From positions 270,001 to 302,000 of the forward strand of contig NC_014824.1 in NCBI RefSeq assembly GCF_000179635.2: a stretch of 32,000 nucleotides of DNA, read 5' to 3'. Origin of the DNA: Ruminococcus albus 7 = DSM 20455. GTDB lineage: Bacteria; Bacillota; Clostridia; Oscillospirales; Ruminococcaceae. The position numbers were made by a program, and so were the translations under genes. The notes beneath the pieces are model-generated. The model saw only the letters and a list, made by a program, of their open reading frames with translations. It was not told the DNA's origin and ran no database searches. Below, piece after piece: positions 31,862 through 32,000 of the stretch. Every line of letters begins with the position of its first letter. The first letter of the stretch is position 1.

Positions 31862-32000
31862 ATGAAAATATTTACTGCTTATGATATAGACTGGGATGTT
31901 GATATTAATGAAATCTATGAAGCATTCGAAAAAATGACTATTTACGATGCAGCAAAAGAATTATGTATCACTGCAGATACGTATGCTGATATGAAAACGG
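31862..32000 (+). CDS. Hypothetical protein, 5' partial (runs off the window)
   Basis: It has an ACGGAGGATG RBS and an ATG at 31862. The frame stays open to the window end (MKIFTAYDIDWDVDINEIYEAFEKM...). Confidence 0.6.
   Translation, partial: MKIFTAYDIDWDVDINEIYEAFEKMTIYDAAKELCITADTYADMKT

Noticed and set aside
1-32000. Search for CRISPR arrays, rRNA genes or cas genes
   Set aside because: There are no regularly spaced direct repeats with unique spacers and no rRNA-like conserved stretches. The only RNA-guided-nuclease-type gene is the IS-borne tnpB.

Overview
This is AT-rich Firmicutes-type DNA. Type-I dockerin modules suggest a cellulosome-bearing Ruminococcus-like host, which is an inference. 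No rRNA genes or CRISPR arrays were seen. The window has four parts.

(1) nt 1-10380: a BspA-LRR/dockerin surface-protein gene is split by a 9.36-kb integrated element (522-9885). Its junctions can be reconstructed to the base. All three mobility genes are broken: the large serine recombinase is frameshifted, and the relaxase and the small resolvase each carry an internal deletion. A TetR / GT2 / membrane protein / beta-lactamase-fold hydrolase operon inside the element looks intact.

(2) nt ~10400-22600: a visibly more AT-rich, plasmid- or phage-like block. It holds a ParM-type actin operon with two unknown partner genes, a lipoprotein, an HTH protein, a DUF4317-like protein and a zinc-ribbon membrane protein. 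It also holds a tnpB-only IS200/IS605-family element and a dockerin-C39-like peptidase. The block is punctuated by a repeated bipartite promoter module, an 18-22-bp palindrome present twice, and a promoter-to-terminator structured RNA candidate.

(3) nt 22792-27228: tRNA-Lys(UUU), HU, a tRNA-like minihelix, and a four-gene ABC-2-type transporter operon.

(4) nt ~27300-32000: a co-oriented array of unrelated small genes, including an orphan beta-class DNA methyltransferase and a PcfJ-like remnant. The genes are separated by five homologous intergenic modules. Each module has a terminator, a ~65-69-nt imperfect hairpin with TATAAT in the stem and GGAG in the apical loop, and a conserved RBS.

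Part (4) is the most unusual signal in the window. I read it as a leading-region or early-gene style cassette array with possible ssDNA-active promoters, or alternatively a shared 5'-UTR control element. All functional calls rest on motif recognition by eye. No database search was run.
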